DNA from: Antedon mediterranea
Taxonomy: Eukaryota; Animalia; Echinodermata
Assembly (NCBI RefSeq): GCF_964355755.1
Contig: NC_092674.1
Span: forward strand, 21,824,001-21,888,000
Length of the DNA: 64,000 nt
Direction: 5' to 3'
Positions 59,261-64,000 of the stretch are shown here, in pieces (within the stretch, counting starts at the first letter, position 1; every line of letters begins with the position of its first letter). A program made the position numbers and the translations under genes. Under the pieces are notes generated by a model. The model saw nothing but the letters and a program-made list of their open reading frames with translations, did no database searches and was not told the origin of the DNA.

Positions 59261-60600
59261 ATGGCTGCTGTTGGAAATGATACCTCGCGGTCTAGTGTGG
59301 AGTGGCAACATCTATTGGTACTGGTGATACTCCAGTGGCTTGTTGCTTCAACAGGTATTATTGCAAACTGCATGGTTATTGGTGTATTTGTTTACGACAA
59401 AACGTACAAAATGTCTTTGTCGATTAAACTAATTTTAAACCAGACTGTGATTGATCTCTTGGGATCGGTATCATTTTGGACGTTTTATGGTCCTAATAAT
59501 TCTGGCGAAAGATTATGTAATGTAAGAGCCTTCTTTTTTTTGTCATCAGCGTCTTCATACAACTTTGCCATCCTTAGTATCGAAAAATACATCGTTATCG
59601 TTCATCCTGTAAGTTATCGAAAGTATTTTGTGTAGTGCATCTGTATCAATGCTGGTAGGCCTGATGTTGAAATAAATAGATATACTGTAGGCCTATGGAC
59701 TGAACTGAACGAAGTCAATGTGTCGTATAAGTATCGATTCTGAACTTAACTTAAGAAAACTTCATTGACATTATGTAAAATGTCTTTTTTTATTACAATT
59801 ATAGCTCCAAGGCCATAAATGTGATGTTATGTACTGTACTGTATGTGTGAAGTAAATGGTTACATGTAACGTACCGGTAGGCCTACTTAATAAATGTATT
59901 ATTGTAAAAAGTACTTGTTATTGCTTTTTGTGATCACATGTGCAACTCGTCCTCCAGTACCACCGTCCAAGAGATTTACTACCAACATTCTGATTAATGT
60001 GTCACATCATGAGTATTAACCCAGACACACATCCTCTTTGGAGGTGGAGTTGCAGAGCAGAAGCACTGCAGAATGAGCATGTATTCGTCCGGAAATTACT
60101 ACCCCTTAAGACCAAATTACACAGACGGTAGCGTAACGGTAAACAAGATATAGAATTTACACACAACGCGGAGCGGATGGGTTGTTTCCGTACAGATTCT
60201 ACCTGGAACAACAATCTACGCGGTTTTCCGCTTATACCGTTACCTTACATTAACAATTTAATCTCGGCTATATTGAAAATCTCATCCATTATGATATTAT
60301 GATAATTATTATTTTTTTATCAACTTGTTTTTTTTTTTGCATGTTCTATACGAAATTAAATTAAATTTCTTCTTTAAATTATTTTCTTCAGACCACCTAC
60401 GCAGCTGTTCTGTTTGTCTCGATTCAAACCTTAGTTCATGATTTTATGAGCGAAACGTCTATTATGTAGATCATACAATCATACAGCCGGCTTTCAATTC
60501 TCCTCAGTACAAGCAATCTGTCTTGAGAATCTCCTTCATCCAAAACAGCAACATAAACTCTCATCATCATTACATTTTTGTTTTCATGAACGTGAAGTCG
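59261..60600 (+). pseudogene. Rhodopsin-class GPCR pseudogene/fragment (TM1-TM3 ORF 59261-59635; possible decayed TM5-6 remnant at 60393-60600)
   Basis: GIIANCMVIGV (TM1 N), LILNQTVIDLL (TM2 D), ECL Cys, SIEKYIVIVHP (DRY-like), then a stop after TM3. The downstream hydrophobic segment contains stops. Confidence 0.7.
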
Positions 60601-60944
60601 TGACAGGCTTGATATCCACTCTCTGACAGAAGTTTATAGAATAAAAACTTGCTGAATCCTTAACATAGTCGTCGTCGCCGCCGGCGTCGCTGCCGCCGTC
60701 GCTGCCGCCGTCGCCAGTCAACAGGTTTCAGATAGCTAATGTAAGTAAGTACTAATAATAATAATACATGGGATATCAAAAGTTATATTTCATTTCGTTT
60801 TATTTAGTTTTATTTCAAACTACCAGCATGGCTATGCTAATAATCAAAGTCAATATTATCTTTTCCAAGCTCGATGTATCGAAGAGTAGGCCTAATTTAA
60901 GGTTAACAGCAAATTAAGTTAAGTCAAGTCAAATTGTTTTGGTT

Positions 60945-61645
60945 TGAATTTTTTAAATTTTTTAAACATTTTTATTACGAAAAGAAGAACTGCAATTACA
61001 TGTAAGATCCACTCGGAACTTTCCTTCTGTTTGTTTCGGCTCAACATCTTGATTCATGTTTTCAGCTGAGAGAAGTCATTAACTTCATTATATATTAAGG
61101 CTATCAATGCCTACGCTACGTGTAATCCTGATTGCTTGGTTTGCATCTTTAGTGTGCTCTGTGCTTTATAGATTACTGCCTCGGTACGTATAAGAAATGT
61201 GTCATAATTGTTTTGAAAAGTCTTGAGAATCTTCTAAAAAAATACATGTTTCAATCACCAAAGCAACAAAATAAACTCTTGATGCGTTGTAATACCCCAC
61301 GTTCAAATTGTTTAGTTTTAAATTTTTTTTTTTATTTTAATACGAAAAGAAGAACTGCAATTACACGTACGATCCACTCGGAACTTTCCTTCTGTTGGTT
61401 CCGGCTTAACATCTTGATTCATATTTTCAGCTGAAAGACGTCATTAACTTCATTGTATTAAGGCTATCAATGCCTACGCTACGTGTAATCCTTATTGATT
61501 GGTGGTTTGCATCTTCAGTGTGCTCTGTGCTTTAAAAAATGTGTCATAATTGTTTTGAAAAGTCTTGAGAATCTTCTAAAAAAATACATGTTTCAACCAC
61601 CAAAGCAACAAAATAAACTCTTGATGCGTTGTAATACCCCGCGTT
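60945..61645. repeat. ~360-bp tandem duplication including the stop/3'UTR of the minus-strand orphan gene
   Basis: 60945-61303 and 61307-61643 are near-identical (for example ACGAAAAGAAGAACTGCAATTACA and AAGCAACAAAATAAACTCTTGATGCGTTGTAATACCCC each occur twice). Confidence 0.85.
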
Positions 61646-63016
61646 TTTGTTTAATTTGCGAGCTCTCATCACCATCTTCTATATTTACAGCGTTCACTTC
61701 GTTCCTCTTAACCTCATTCTCTTTACTAACATTCTTCTTCTTTCTGAATAAGTTGCATCTCCTTTTCTTTTGCTTTTTCTGTGGTTTTTGAAGAACCACT
61801 GGAATATTACTTTCGATCACTTCTAACTGCTTTTTCTGTGTTTTTGGAAGAACCACTGGAATATTACTTTCGATCACTTCTAACTGTGGTAAGTCTTCAG
61901 TTGTGGCGACAGAACCATTTCGTCTTCGTACTCGGTTAAATTGGTAAATATCTAATTTGAAACCAACAAGGGAAGTCTAAATTATACAGATGTCTATACA
62001 GGCCTATTATATTAATTTTGATATAAATATTAATTGAAACTTCACATTTTTCGAATGTGAGTATTTAGTGGGAAAGAAACATGCCAGTACTTGAGTTATG
62101 ACCAGGAAAGAGTGACTCTTTCCTAGTGATAACATTTTATTTGAGACTCAGGAACTTTGACAAAATGTGTTGGTAACCAATATTACAATGTATTTTTCAT
62201 ATTTTATTAGGCCACATCCCTTTTTTAAAATAAAGAATTACCTGTGAACGTGAAGTCGTAGCATGATTGATATTCATATTCTGACATTGAGGTATCAACA
62301 GAATAAAAACTCGCTGAATCATCATCATCATCATCTTCTTCTTCTTCTGACTGAATATCTGGAGTTTTCTTAGGAGATGTTTCTCTACTAGAAAAGGATC
62401 GCTCGATGTCATATACAGATTCGTTAGTGTAATCCCTTTGCATCACCCAGACACACTTGGCGCACATTTCACTGCATGCACGATGTCGGACCACTTTGGT
62501 CGATCGGCTTCGACATCGGCCTTCAATCGGGTCAGTCTTCGGACAGTTTCGGTAGTACCAAAATGGTCTTGGATCACCGTCCAGATAACGAGTTATGGAG
62601 TACGTCAGAGGGGATTCAATTTCCGGATCCTTCCACGAGTCTGCATTATGATCTGATAATTCTATAATAATAAATATATACAAACATGCAGTGTAGCAAT
62701 AATGTGCTTTTCTTATAATATAACATTTTGTTTATTAATATTTATCTTGTAAGCCTAACCCTCCTTGTATACTAATTAATAATGTCTAAATAATAATGAC
62801 ACTTAATTAATGTTATTTCCTAAGTACATATCATACATTTTATGAATTACATATTCCCATCCCGATCTATAATACACACAACACACAGCGGAAGAATAAA
62901 ATTTTTTGTTCAATCAACTCTACCTCAACAGTGATCAATCAAGCGCCGTAAACTTGCAAAGCAATATAGCATATTTAACTAAAAACAATACAATGTTGCA
63001 TACCTGTTTTCATCAT
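61593..63016 (-). CDS. Three-exon hypothetical protein of about 260 aa (exons 63016-63004, 62652-62242, 61951-61593)
   Basis: ATG ATG AAA ACA G|GTATG; AG|AT CAT..ACA G|GTAATT; AG|AT ATT..GGT TGA. Phases 1/1 join the 152-aa and 94-aa track ORFs without stops. Cys cluster, poly-acidic tract, 19-aa internal repeat, polybasic region and C-terminal FCCFGG. Confidence 0.6.
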
Positions 63017-64000
63017 TGTGAATTCAATGGAAGTTTTTCAGCTAATACAGTATAAATTCGTTAAAAACAACAATTTCGCGAGTTATTAAGTTTGCCTGAT
63101 ATTATAATAATAATAGACTAAGTTTGTTTGTCAGGGCAACGAAAACGATGACAACGAGACAGCGCGTGCGTACAAGGCGCATTTCCGATGTGACGTGTGC
63201 ATTTCATCGCGTAAGATAACGCGCTTCCGTCTATCACATGATATTATAATAATGCACGAACTCGATCTGTAATAACCTGTAATTATACTGTAATAATACA
63301 GGGCCGTAGCCACCAGTACGGTTGGTAAGGTTTCAACCTGACCACTTTCCACACAAAGCCTTTGACAACCCAGTGGCTTGAACAGAGATAGTTCCCTTTC
63401 ATTGCGTAAACCGCACCACTTTATTTCTTTGTGGCTACATCGCTGTAATACACCATATTTATTTATATTATTATTTATGTTTACTAGCTGCTAGCTAGAG
63501 ACAATGCAATATAATAATACACAGGATCAACAGTTAATGTTTTATTTTGTTTTATTTACAATGTTATCATTAATGTCTACAAGGCGATAGGATGGAATGT
63601 CAAACTGCCAGCATGGCCCACCGAAATCATAATTTCCATGCATGTATGTGTCGGCGGAATAGTTAAAAGTTAACGACAACAGGTCGTCACATGATACACC
63701 AGACGTCATTCATCTTAGAGATACAGTATTCACACTAGAACAATTTAACTGCGCAAAGCACAAAACGTAGTGTGCACCAACTCTATTACGACAGCAATAG
63801 TACCTTCTAATGAGATGAGTATGCTACAATATTAATCCAATGACGTAATTTGAACATGCTGATATTTTTTGTTATTAATAATCACGCTTCTTTGGCTGCC
63901 AATACTTGGTTTACTTATGTATTTGTTAAGTTCAAACTGCAGTAATGGTGTAGTAGAGGGCACTATAATATAACTAACCACTCCAACACTGAGTTTTACA

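Noticed and set aside
59930-60214. Cys-containing minus-strand ORF/exon-like segment
   Set aside because: No recognisable motif, stops in the alternative frames, and no consistent exon partners.

Overview
AT-rich, intron-rich animal genomic DNA, probably a marine invertebrate deuterostome such as an echinoderm (inferred from TAGGCCTA abundance and repeat types, not proven). It is not prokaryotic and has no CRISPR array. Main content: (1) a 16-exon, + strand, stop-free Zisupton (KDZ-superfamily, HMGXB3-related) gene at 28723-41967. It encodes SWIM, Cys-cluster, SAP-like, transposase-core, acidic-linker, Ulp1/C48 SUMO-protease and PHD regions, and lies between diverged subterminal inverted repeats with a candidate 8-bp TSD. 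Its transposase motifs look eroded, its protease triad is intact, and it has no start exon of its own. (2) A five-exon + strand coding chain at 13234-17516 whose last donor is in phase with the first Zisupton exon (possible host-transposon fusion). (3) A nested transposon stack at about 18.4-28.0 kb: a BEL/Pao LTR remnant interrupted by an L2/CR1 LINE (itself holding a Kolobok MITE), a Deu-type SINE, and a 5.3-kb CATTA...TAATG TIR element with AT TSD carrying a spliced kinase remnant and a 19-bp minisatellite. (4) A ZBBX gene on the - strand (45824-55067). (5) An intron-containing tRNA-Ile(TAT), a 5S-derived pseudogene, a 112-bp tandem array upstream of a GPCR pseudogene, a three-exon orphan gene, and many MITEs, Helentron-like, MuDR/foldback and Crypton-like elements. 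Exon models were built by eye from splice signals and frame continuity. Family assignments rest on remembered motifs, not database searches.
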